This document shows positions 52,255 through 61,191 of a stretch of 64,000 nt of DNA, piece by piece (position 1 is the stretch's first letter; each line of letters begins with the position of its first letter). Position numbers and translations under genes: made by a program. Origin of the DNA: Candidatus Pelagibacter sp. (lineage in GTDB: Bacteria; Pseudomonadota; Alphaproteobacteria; Pelagibacterales; Pelagibacteraceae); NCBI GenBank assembly GCA_002692055.1, contig NZJW01000015.1:27089-91088 (forward strand), read 5' to 3'. Below the pieces are notes generated by a model. It was not told where the DNA came from and made no database searches. It saw nothing but the letters and a program-made list of their open reading frames with translations.

Positions 52255-52401
52255 TTTTTTGATAGTAATAATATTCTAATTTTATTTTTTAACCTGATAT
52301 ATTTGCATATCTCAGTTGTGAAATAGTTTTAAATGAAAATTTTAAAAAAATGTAATTGTAATTTTAAATTTAATAAAAAAAAGAAAGGAAAATAATTAAT
52401 C

Positions 52402-53466
52402 ATGAAAAATATTTTTAGATTATTATTTACATTTACTTTTCTCTTGGGGGCTGCAACCAGCTCGAATGCCATTGAGATTAAACTTAGAGTAGGTTCAGGG
52501 CACCCAACGGGTTTGCTTGGTTATACAAAAACTGCCCACGAATGGTTTGCGCCTGAATTAAAGAAAAGAATAGAATCCCAAACAAAACATACTGTAGTAA
52601 TTCAAGAACTTCACGCAGGTCAGGTTGCTAAAGTTACAGAAGTTCTTGAAGCAACACGGGACGGTTTGTTAGACATAGGGTTTACATGTTTAATATTTGA
52701 ACCATCGAATGGATTTGTTAACAATTTTACACTTATGGTACCTTTTAGTTCGCCAGATGCTAAAGTTGTAACAAAAGCGGCTATTAAAACCTATGAGAAA
52801 TTTCCAGAATTAACGGCCTACTTTGAAAAAGATTTCAACCAAAAATTCTTAGGCGGATCTTGCTTAAATAATTATGGTATTGGAACTAATTTCAAATGGT
52901 CTAAATTTTCTGATTTAAAAGGTCGAAAAATTGCAGGTGCAGGTATTAATTTAGATTGGATTAAAGGTGGAGCTACACCTGTTGCATCAAATTTAAATAA
53001 AGCTTATCAATCGATACAAACAGGAGTATACGAAGGATATTTGTCAGCATCACCATGGTGGTACGCTTTCAAATTAAATGAGGTGGCACCTTATTATACC
53101 AAAACGGATTTTGGAGCGCAGTTTTTTAATTCGGTTTCAATAAATATGAATACCTTTAAAAAATTACCTAAAGAAGTTCAAGCTATTATTGTTCAATTAG
53201 GTAAAGAATGGGCAATGGTTACTGCCGAAGTGTGTGCCAAAAATGATGCTATGGGAATTTCAAAGCTAAAGGAGCTTGGAGTTGATGTCAGTGTAATTTC
53301 GGAAAAGGCAAAAAAAGCTTGGGCAGAGTCTTTGAAGGATTTTCCTAATAAAATGGCGCAAGAACTAAATAAAAAAGGATATAGAGGAAGTGAAATATTA
53401 AAATTCTATATGGCTGAATTAGAAAAACAGGGACACAAATTTCCTTATAAATATAAAATAAACTAA
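52402..53466 (+). CDS. dctP: TRAP transporter substrate-binding protein (system 2; lacks the canonical Arg)
   Basis: Signal peptide, AAAGGA SD, DGLLDIG, DLKGRKIAGAG and Y.SIQTGVYEG motifs; followed by dctQM. Confidence 0.88.
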   Translation: MKNIFRLLFTFTFLLGAATSSNAIEIKLRVGSGHPTGLLGYTKTAHEWFAPELKKRIESQTKHTVVIQELHAGQVAKVTEVLEATRDGLLDIGFTCLIFEPSNGFVNNFTLMVPFSSPDAKVVTKAAIKTYEKFPELTAYFEKDFNQKFLGGSCLNNYGIGTNFKWSKFSDLKGRKIAGAGINLDWIKGGATPVASNLNKAYQSIQTGVYEGYLSASPWWYAFKLNEVAPYYTKTDFGAQFFNSVSINMNTFKKLPKEVQAIIVQLGKEWAMVTAEVCAKNDAMGISKLKELGVDVSVISEKAKKAWAESLKDFPNKMAQELNKKGYRGSEILKFYMAELEKQGHKFPYKYKIN

Positions 53467-53478
53467 TTCCAATATATT

Positions 53479-53505
53479 AAGGGCTGATAAATTTTGTCAG
53501 CCCTT
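53479..53505 (+). terminator. Intercistronic stem-loop after dctP2 (partial terminator / mRNA stabiliser)
   Basis: AAGGGCTGATAA-ATT-TTGTCAGCCCTT inverted repeat (one G-U pair), short T tail. Confidence 0.75.
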
Positions 53506-53513
53506 TGATTTAA

Positions 53514-54038
53514 ATGATTTTAGATACTATTAACAACATAAATAATAAATTTATAAAATTTTTAAAGTACTTTGCCTCCTTTGCGTTAATAGTACTTGGT
53601 TTTCTTATTCTTTTTGATGTTGTTATGAGAGCTTTTATTAATAAACCTGTAATTGGGGTTGCTGAAGTAATTTCTAATTCGATAGTTATAATTGCTTTTT
53701 TACAACTTTCTTACACAATCTCTATCAATGCAATGATTAAATCTGAATTTTTAATTAAAAAATCTAATTATAATTTTTCTTGTTTATTAGAAGTCTTTTC
53801 TAGTTTTCTAGGAATTATCTTTTTTGGTTTAATTGCCTATGCTTCTTTTGAACCAACACTGAACTCATGGATACGTAATGAATTTGAAGGTCATGCATCT
53901 TTTCGATTTCCAACCTTTCCTGTAAAAATATCAATTTTTTTTTGCTCCATAGTTGCTGCATTTACTTATTTTTTAAGAATGCTAATTTTTATTTTAAACA
54001 TTCAAATTAATAACCCAAATCAAAACCGGATTAAATAA
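53514..54038 (+). CDS. dctQ: TRAP transporter small permease (system 2)
   Basis: 4 TM helices, DVVMR..N.P..G..E motif; lies between dctP and dctM. Confidence 0.9.
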   Translation: MILDTINNINNKFIKFLKYFASFALIVLGFLILFDVVMRAFINKPVIGVAEVISNSIVIIAFLQLSYTISINAMIKSEFLIKKSNYNFSCLLEVFSSFLGIIFFGLIAYASFEPTLNSWIRNEFEGHASFRFPTFPVKISIFFCSIVAAFTYFLRMLIFILNIQINNPNQNRIK

Positions 54039-55352
54039 ATGGGTGGACTAGAATTTGCATTATCAATTATATTTATTTTATTACTTCTAATTTTATTAAG
54101 TGTTCCAATAGTTTTGGCTTTAGGTGTAACAAGTTTTTTTGGTCTTGCATATTTGGTTGGTAACTTTGATATAGCGGTTTCCTTACTCGCTAACACTGCT
54201 TATGAAGCAATAAGAAATTACGTTTTTGCAGTTATTCCTTTGTTTGTATTAATGGGGGAATTAATTTCAAAGTCTGGAGCCGCAAAGGATTTGTATGTTT
54301 TAATTAACAATTCTTTAAAACGAATACCGGGAAGATTGACACTAGCTACTGTAATAGGAAATGCCATATTTGGAGCAGTAACAGGAGTATCAATTGCGTC
54401 TGCTGCAGCTTTTTCCAGAATCGCTTATCCTGAAATGATTTCTCAAGGTTACAACAAAACAGTTTCTTTAGGATCAATTGCTGGTAGTGCCTCATTGGGA
54501 ATGCTAATACCACCTAGTATATTATTAATTGTTTGGGGTGTAATCGCTGAAATTTCTATTGGTAAACTTTTTGTTGCTGGAGTAATTCCCGGAATTCTTT
54601 TAGCTTTAATGTTTGGCATTTTTTTAGTTATATTTGCAATCATAAAACCTGGCTACTTTGGAGGTATTAATGATCAAAATAATACAATTAATAAATCATC
54701 AAAATCAGAAATAATTGGATCGGTTGGCGTAGTTATTTTAATCTTAATTGTACTAGGTGGTATTTGGTTTGGTATTTTTACTCCCACAGAATCTGCTGGA
54801 ATTGGGGCTTTATTCGCATTGGTCTTAGCAATTGTAAAAAAAACCTCATGGAGAGAAATAGCCTCAGCAGTTTTGGAGACTGGAAAAATTTCTGCTCCAA
54901 TTTTATTTTTATTAATAGCTGCACAAATGTATGCCAGACTTTTAGCAATGGGTGGAATTACAGGTGTTGTTGAAAACTTTTTTACATACTTTGGAAACGA
55001 CTTGTTAACTATATTAGTTATTATGGTATTGACCTGGTTTATACTTGGAATGTTTATTGACTCTGTATCAATTATTCTTTTAACAGTCCCGTTATTTACT
55101 CCAATAGCTAACTCTTTTGGATATGATCCGATAGCTTTTGCGATTATTGGTATTGTTGCTATTGAAGCTGGTCTTTTAACTCCTCCTCTAGGTTTATGTG
55201 TTTATACTGTTAAAGGTAGTATATCTGACCCTGAAGCAACTTTAAGCAAAATATTTATGGGTTCGGTTCCTTATTGGATAATGTTAATTATATTAGTCTT
55301 TATCATCGCGATGTTTCCATCAGTTGCTACTTGGCTACCAAGCTTGATGTGA
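54039..55352 (+). CDS. dctM: TRAP transporter large permease (system 2)
   Basis: VIPLFVLMG, LGMLIPPS, FTPTESA and GLLTPPLG motifs. Confidence 0.95.
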   Translation: MGGLEFALSIIFILLLLILLSVPIVLALGVTSFFGLAYLVGNFDIAVSLLANTAYEAIRNYVFAVIPLFVLMGELISKSGAAKDLYVLINNSLKRIPGRLTLATVIGNAIFGAVTGVSIASAAAFSRIAYPEMISQGYNKTVSLGSIAGSASLGMLIPPSILLIVWGVIAEISIGKLFVAGVIPGILLALMFGIFLVIFAIIKPGYFGGINDQNNTINKSSKSEIIGSVGVVILILIVLGGIWFGIFTPTESAGIGALFALVLAIVKKTSWREIASAVLETGKISAPILFLLIAAQMYARLLAMGGITGVVENFFTYFGNDLLTILVIMVLTWFILGMFIDSVSIILLTVPLFTPIANSFGYDPIAFAIIGIVAIEAGLLTPPLGLCVYTVKGSISDPEATLSKIFMGSVPYWIMLIILVFIIAMFPSVATWLPSLM

Positions 55353-55372
55353 ATTTAATTTTTTCTATAAAT

Positions 55373-55990
55373 TTATCTAGAATAATATTCAACTACTAAA
55401 TTAGGTTCCATAATTGCAGGATATGGTATTTCGTCAAAATTTGGAATTCTTGCAAGTTTTGCAGTCATTTTTTTATGATCAGCAATTATATATTCTGGAA
55501 CATCACGCTCCTTAAGTTGAGTTGATGCTAAAACATATGTAAGTTGTTTTGAAGACTCTTTTATTTCAACCTCATCTTTATCATTTAACTTAAAACTTGA
55601 AATATTCACTCTTTTCCCATTTACTCTAACATGTCCATGATTAATTAATTGTCTCGCTTGAAAAACTGTAGTTGCAAATTTAGCCCTGTAAATAACAGCA
55701 TCTAATCTGCTCTCTAATAAACCAACTAAATTTTCACCTGTATTTCCTCTTCTTCTATCTGCTTCTCTATATAAGTTTCTGAATTGTCTTTCGTTTAAAT
55801 TTCCATAATAATTCTTTAACTTTTGTTTTGCTTGCAATTGTATTTTATAGTCAGAAGGTTTAGCAGAAGATCTTTGGCCATGTTGACCTGGTCCATACGC
55901 TCTTGAATTATAAGGGCTTTTAGGTCGACCCCAAATGTTGGCACCTAATCTTCTGTCAACTTTATGTTTAGATTTTATTCTTTTTGTCAT
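55373..55990 (-). CDS. rpsD: 30S ribosomal protein S4
   Basis: [28 protein letters not shown] and VVEYYSR motifs. Confidence 0.98.
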   Translation of the reverse strand: MTKRIKSKHKVDRRLGANIWGRPKSPYNSRAYGPGQHGQRSSAKPSDYKIQLQAKQKLKNYYGNLNERQFRNLYREADRRRGNTGENLVGLLESRLDAVIYRAKFATTVFQARQLINHGHVRVNGKRVNISSFKLNDKDEVEIKESSKQLTYVLASTQLKERDVPEYIIADHKKMTAKLARIPNFDEIPYPAIMEPNLVVEYYSR

Positions 55991-56004
55991 TAATAGAATT
56001 GAGA

Positions 56005-56032
56005 TTTATAGATATCAAAAATTGAATGTCAA
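56005..56032 (-). promoter_or_regulatory. Putative sigma70 promoter of rpsD
   Basis: TTGACA (overlapping the cimA stop)-N16-TATAAA, 14 nt before the ATG; no SD. Confidence 0.55.
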
Positions 56033-57633
56033 TTGCTACTTGAAGGAGCATTTTCCTTAAAAAGCTTATAATCTATACTATCTAACAAAGCTTTAAATGA
56101 CGCTTCTATGATATTAGGTGATACTCCTATCGTAAACCAGTTTTTACCTTTATCATCGGAACTTTCTATTGATACTCGAGTAGTGGCATTAGTGCCTGTA
56201 TTTAATATTCTAACCTTATAATCGACAAGTTTAAGATCTTTAAGATAATTAGAATATTTTCCAATTTTGTCTAGATTAGACCGTATTGCTTGATCAAGTG
56301 CATTGACTGGTCCATTCCCCTCGCCTTCGCAAAGAATTTCTTTTCCATCAATAATTAAATAAGCTTTTGCAACCGAATTGATATTTTTTTTATGATCATC
56401 TTTTACAATTTTCACTTCATAATTTTTAATTTGTATGTAATTTGGAACTTCACCTAATAATCTTCTAGTTAACAACTCAAAAGAAGCGTCAGCTCCATCG
56501 TAAGAGTAACCAGTAAACTCTCTATCTTTTACTTCATCTAAAATTTTTTGTATTTTAGGATCATCTTTATTAATATTAATATTTAATTTTTCTAATCTTG
56601 ACAAAATATTTGATCTTCCAGCTTGATCAGAAACTACTATTGATCTTTCATTTCCCACAAGCTCAGGCTCTATATGCTCATATGTTTTAGGATCTTTTTT
56701 AACTGCAGAGACGTGCAATCCTCCTTTATGTGCAAATGCAGATGCTCCAACATATGGCGCATGTTTGTTAGATGTTTTGTTTAATATTTCGTCTAATAAT
56801 CTTGAACAATTTGTAAGTTTTTTTAATTTTGACTTATTAAAGTTTATGTCAAAACTTTTATTAAAAGTTTCTTTAAGAATAAGTGTTGGTATAATTGATA
56901 CCAAGTTTGCATTACCGCATCTTTCACCCAATCCGTTCAAAGTTCCTTGAATTTGCCTTACTCCAGCTGAAACCGCCGCAAGAGAATTTGCTACAGCATT
57001 TCCAGTATCATTATGAGCATGTATACCCAGATGATCGTTAGGAATTATTTTTGATACATCTGAAACAATTTCACTAATTTCTTGTGGTAGCGTACCTCCG
57101 TTTGTGTCACAAAGAACAATCCATCTGGCACCATTATCATACGCAGCTTTTAAACAAGATAGCGCGTAATCTTTATTATTTTTGTAACCATCAAAAAAAT
57201 GCTCTGCATCAAACATAAATTCTTTATTATTTTTGACAAAATAATTGGTTGTATCTTTAATGTTATCTAAGTTTTCTTCTTTGGGTATACCAAGAACAAC
57301 ATCTACATGATAATCCCATGCCTTACCAACAATGCAAACATGATTTACTTTCGCATTTACAATTGAAGATATACCAGGGTCATTTTCACAACTTCTACCA
57401 GACTTTTTGGTCATACCAAAAGCAACTAAATTACTTTCAAGATTTGGTGGATTATTAAAAAAATTAGTATCCGACGGGTTTGCCCCGGGCCAGCCACCTT
57501 CGATATAATCTATTCCTATCTCAGATAATGAAGATGCAATTTTGGTTTTATCATCTAAACTAAAATCTACTCCTTCTGTTTGAGCTCCATCTCTTAAGGT
57601 TGTATCAAAAATATAAATTTTTTCTTTACTCAT
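56029..57633 (-). CDS. cimA: Citramalate synthase (DRE-TIM family)
   Basis: DTTLRDGAQ, IEGGWPGANP, DAEHFFDG, GIHAHND and AFAHKGGLH motifs. Start ATG 57633 (ATGA overlap with cysS). Confidence 0.92.
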   Translation of the reverse strand: MSKEKIYIFDTTLRDGAQTEGVDFSLDDKTKIASSLSEIGIDYIEGGWPGANPSDTNFFNNPPNLESNLVAFGMTKKSGRSCENDPGISSIVNAKVNHVCIVGKAWDYHVDVVLGIPKEENLDNIKDTTNYFVKNNKEFMFDAEHFFDGYKNNKDYALSCLKAAYDNGARWIVLCDTNGGTLPQEISEIVSDVSKIIPNDHLGIHAHNDTGNAVANSLAAVSAGVRQIQGTLNGLGERCGNANLVSIIPTLILKETFNKSFDINFNKSKLKKLTNCSRLLDEILNKTSNKHAPYVGASAFAHKGGLHVSAVKKDPKTYEHIEPELVGNERSIVVSDQAGRSNILSRLEKLNININKDDPKIQKILDEVKDREFTGYSYDGADASFELLTRRLLGEVPNYIQIKNYEVKIVKDDHKKNINSVAKAYLIIDGKEILCEGEGNGPVNALDQAIRSNLDKIGKYSNYLKDLKLVDYKVRILNTGTNATTRVSIESSDDKGKNWFTIGVSPNIIEASFKALLDSIDYKLFKENAPSSSN

Positions 57634-58973
57634 TTGTATTCCCACAAGGTATTATCACCTTTATCTTTAATTAGAACACCTTTACTAACTAATAAATCTC
57701 TAATTTTATCAGATGTTTTGAAATCTTTTTTTGCTCTTGCTTCATTTCTTTTTAATATTAATTTTTCTATTTCTTCTGGAGACATTTTTCCAATTTTCTT
57801 AAAATTTTTCCATTCTTTGACATTTTGATTAAATAAACCTAAAATTTTGCATGAGGATGATAATTGATTAGCAGATAAAGAGTCCCCAGTTTTTGCTTTT
57901 TTGTACAAATCGTTAATGTTAGATATCATTAAGGGAGTATTTAGATCATCTAATAAAAATTTTAAATTTGAGTCACTAATACTTTCAACATCATCCGAAT
58001 AAAATTCGTACCATTTCTCCAAATTTTTTCTTGAATTTTCTAAAATATTTTCATTCCAGTCAAATGGTTGGGTGTAATGGGTACTTAACATTGCAAGCCT
58101 AATTACTTGGCCATTATAATTATTTTTTAATTCATTAATTGTAACAAAATTACCAAGTGATTTTGACATTTTTTGTTTCTCAACCGTAACATATCCATTG
58201 TGCAACCAGTAATTAGAAAGTTTTTTATCGTTTGTGCATACCGATTGTGCAATCTCATTTTCGTGATGTGGAAAAATTAAATCTAACCCTCCTCCATGAA
58301 AATCAAAATGTTTTCCAAGATATTTTTCTGACATAGCTGAACATTCTAAATGCCAACCTGGTCTTCCTTTTCCAAATGGAGAATCCCATGATGGTTCATT
58401 TTCTTTACTAGGCTTCCATAACACAAAATCTCCAGACTCTTTTTTATTTTCAGAAATTGCTACTCTAGAACCAGAAACTAAATCTTTTATATTTTTATTA
58501 GATAATTTTCCATATTCTTTAAATCTAGAAACTTCGAAGTAAACATGATCGTTCGATTGATAGGCAAATCCTTTTTCAATTAATCTTTTAATTAAATTAA
58601 TCATTTCATCTAAATGATCAGTCGCTTTAGGCTCTACTGTTGGTTTTAAACATCCTAAGTAATCACAATCATTATGGAAATCATCTAAGACCTTATTTGT
58701 TAATTCAGAAGTTGTAATATTTAATTTTTTGGAAGTTTCTATAATCTTATCATCAATATCTGTAATATTTCTAACATAGGTAACTTTTGATTTTGGAAAC
58801 AGCTTTTTTAATAGCCTAAACAAAACATCAAATATAATTAACGGTCTTGCATTTCCTACATGGGGATAGTCGTAAACGGTAGGACCACAAACATACATTC
58901 TGATGTTTTCTTGATCTATTGGAACAAAATTTTCTTTTGTTCTAGATAATGTGTTTGTAATTTTTAGCAGCAT
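57630..58973 (-). CDS. cysS: Cysteine--tRNA ligase
   Basis: YVCGPTVY..HVGN, GRPGWHLECSAM, FPHHENE and KMSKS motifs. Confidence 0.98.
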   Translation of the reverse strand: MLLKITNTLSRTKENFVPIDQENIRMYVCGPTVYDYPHVGNARPLIIFDVLFRLLKKLFPKSKVTYVRNITDIDDKIIETSKKLNITTSELTNKVLDDFHNDCDYLGCLKPTVEPKATDHLDEMINLIKRLIEKGFAYQSNDHVYFEVSRFKEYGKLSNKNIKDLVSGSRVAISENKKESGDFVLWKPSKENEPSWDSPFGKGRPGWHLECSAMSEKYLGKHFDFHGGGLDLIFPHHENEIAQSVCTNDKKLSNYWLHNGYVTVEKQKMSKSLGNFVTINELKNNYNGQVIRLAMLSTHYTQPFDWNENILENSRKNLEKWYEFYSDDVESISDSNLKFLLDDLNTPLMISNINDLYKKAKTGDSLSANQLSSSCKILGLFNQNVKEWKNFKKIGKMSPEEIEKLILKRNEARAKKDFKTSDKIRDLLVSKGVLIKDKGDNTLWEYK

Positions 58974-58993
58974 TAAAATAATTAATAACCACC

Positions 58994-59728
58994 TTAATCA
59001 AATTTACAAACAGGTATTTCCTTCATTTTATGCAGGTTATTTTCTCTAATTTTGAGATATTTATTGTAATTTATAGATTCTGGATTTTCCATTGCCTCTT
59101 CTAACTCTTTATAAGTCATGCCTAACTGTTCTTCATCATTTCGCCCGTCAACCCATAAACCATCTGTAGGTGGGGCGCTTACTATTTTGTGATCAATTTC
59201 CAAAAACTCTCCCATCTCCCAAACTTGGGACTTTGTACAGTCGGCGATAGGTGAAATATCAACTCCGCCATCACCATACTTTGTGTAAAACCCAACACCA
59301 AAATCCTCGACTTTATTTCCAGTACCAACCACTATTCCATTGTGCGAACCCGCCACTTGATAAAGAGTTGCCATTCTTAATCTTGCTCTTGAATTTGCGA
59401 AAGCGTGTTCACTATTATTTTTTCCAAGAGCGTTTTCGAAACTTGAAAAAACATTATCCAAATCAACATTAAGATAGCTTACATTTTTAAAATTACTAAC
59501 TAACCATTTGCAATGCAACTTACTTAAATCATCTTGAGTTTTAATTTGCTTAATGGGCATAGATAAAACAAAAGTTTTCAATCCAGTCATCGATGATATT
59601 GTACTCACTACTGCTGAATCTATCCCCCCGGAAACTCCAACTACCAAAGTAGAAGCTTTTTTTGGCATTGATTGAACATAATCTATTATCCAGTCTTTAA
59701 TAAAATCGATTCTTTTACTTGCATTCAT
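58994..59728 (-). CDS. nadE: NH3-dependent NAD(+) synthetase
   Basis: GVSGGIDSA, ARLRM, GTGN..E and TKYGDG motifs; no glutaminase domain. Confidence 0.95.
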   Translation of the reverse strand: MNASKRIDFIKDWIIDYVQSMPKKASTLVVGVSGGIDSAVVSTISSMTGLKTFVLSMPIKQIKTQDDLSKLHCKWLVSNFKNVSYLNVDLDNVFSSFENALGKNNSEHAFANSRARLRMATLYQVAGSHNGIVVGTGNKVEDFGVGFYTKYGDGGVDISPIADCTKSQVWEMGEFLEIDHKIVSAPPTDGLWVDGRNDEEQLGMTYKELEEAMENPESINYNKYLKIRENNLHKMKEIPVCKFD

Positions 59729-59734
59729 ACGTGT

Positions 59735-59762
59735 AAAGTAACAATAAATATAAAAACTACAA
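59735..59762 (-). promoter_or_regulatory. Putative extended -10 promoter giving a leaderless nadE mRNA
   Basis: TTGTAG-N16-TACTTT with TG at the extended position; 6 nt from the -10 box to the ATG. Confidence 0.45.
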
Positions 59763-59769
59763 TTGGCAG

Positions 59770-61146
59770 TTATGACGCTTCTTGAATGCTATTCTTTGAA
59801 AAATTAGCATTTTTTTTAATTTCTTCGGAAATTAAAAATGCAAGTTCTAATGCCTGATTTGCATTCAACCTAGGGTCACAATGAGTGTGATATCGACTAG
59901 ATAAGTCTTGATCAGTAATATTCTGAGCTCCACCAGTACACTCAGTAACGTTTTGACCGGTCATTTCTATATGTAAACCTCCACCAAAAGTTCCTTCGTT
60001 TTGATGCACCTTAAAGAAATTTTTTACTTCATTTAACACATTATCAAATGGTCTTGTTTTAAATCCAGTAGAAGATTTTATAGTATTTCCATGCATCGGG
60101 TCACAAGACCAAATAACATTTTTCCCCTCTTTTTTTATTTCTTTAATTAATTTTGGCAAAAATTTTGTTACTTGGTCATGACCAAATCTTGCAATTAATG
60201 TAATTCTTCCTGCCTCATTATCAGGGTTTAAGACCTCAGTTAATTTTACAATTTCTTTAGGATCAGACGATGGTCCACATTTAATACCAAGTGGATTTTT
60301 TATTCCTTTACAATATTCTACATGAGCTTCATCTAATTGTCGTGTCCTATCACCAATCCATAAAAAATGAGCAGATGTGTTATGATATTCCCCTGTTGTA
60401 GAGTCTACTCTTGTCATTGCTTCTTCTACTGGCAGTAATAGTGCTTCATGACTTGTGAAAAAATTAACTGTTCTTAATCTTCTATTATTTTCTGAGTTGA
60501 TACCACAAGCCTCCATAAAAGCTAAAGCGTCACTAACTTTTTCTGCAATTTCTTTATATTTTTTTTGTGCAGTTTCATTAACAAAAGACATGTTCCAAAA
60601 ATGAACTTTATTTAAATCTGCAAATCCACCTTGAGAGAAAGCGCGCAATAAATTTAGAGTGGCGGCAGACTGTGAATAGGCTTTTAATAATCTTTCTGGC
60701 TGAGGCTCTCTACCATCTTTTGTAAAATCCATTGTATTAATATTATCACCCAGGTAACTTGGAAGTTCTTTTCCTTCCTTAACTTCAATTGGTGAGCTTC
60801 TAGGTTTAGAAAATTGTCCAGCAACTCTTCCAACTTTAATAACGGGTAATTTTGAGGAAACCGTTAAAATCAATGACATTTGCAGTACAACTTTAAAAAA
60901 ATCTCTAATGTTATTTGGATGAAACTCTAAGAAACTTTCAGCGCAATCTCCACCTTGAAGCAAAAATGCTTTTCCTTGTGAAACTTCACCTAACTTCTTT
61001 TTTAAAGACCTAGACTCCCCAGCAAAAACTAAAGGTGGAAAAGTGGATAATTCTTTAAGTACATTATTAATTTTTTCCTTATCAGCATAAACAGGTTGAT
61101 GCTTAATGGGTTTACTTCTCCAGCTATTTAACTTCCAAGTACTCAT
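59770..61146 (-). CDS. Class II 3-deoxy-7-phosphoheptulonate (DAHP) synthase
   Basis: LQGGDCAE, GR.AGQFSKPRS, WIGDRTR, CDPMHGNT and CDPRLN motifs. Confidence 0.95.
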   Translation of the reverse strand: MSTWKLNSWRSKPIKHQPVYADKEKINNVLKELSTFPPLVFAGESRSLKKKLGEVSQGKAFLLQGGDCAESFLEFHPNNIRDFFKVVLQMSLILTVSSKLPVIKVGRVAGQFSKPRSSPIEVKEGKELPSYLGDNINTMDFTKDGREPQPERLLKAYSQSAATLNLLRAFSQGGFADLNKVHFWNMSFVNETAQKKYKEIAEKVSDALAFMEACGINSENNRRLRTVNFFTSHEALLLPVEEAMTRVDSTTGEYHNTSAHFLWIGDRTRQLDEAHVEYCKGIKNPLGIKCGPSSDPKEIVKLTEVLNPDNEAGRITLIARFGHDQVTKFLPKLIKEIKKEGKNVIWSCDPMHGNTIKSSTGFKTRPFDNVLNEVKNFFKVHQNEGTFGGGLHIEMTGQNVTECTGGAQNITDQDLSSRYHTHCDPRLNANQALELAFLISEEIKKNANFSKNSIQEAS

Positions 61147-61155
61147 ACAACCAAG

Positions 61156-61185
61156 AGTATATAAACGCTAAGATTTAATTAACAA
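61156..61185 (-). promoter_or_regulatory. Putative promoter of the DAHP synthase gene (near-leaderless)
   Basis: TTGTTA-N18-TATACT, 9 nt before the ATG. Confidence 0.4.
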
Positions 61186-61191
61186 GAAAAA

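Noticed and set aside
52139-52401. SAM-V, glycine or TPP riboswitch in the longest intergenic region
   Set aside because: No recognisable consensus by eye; the region is almost all A/T apart from one small hairpin.
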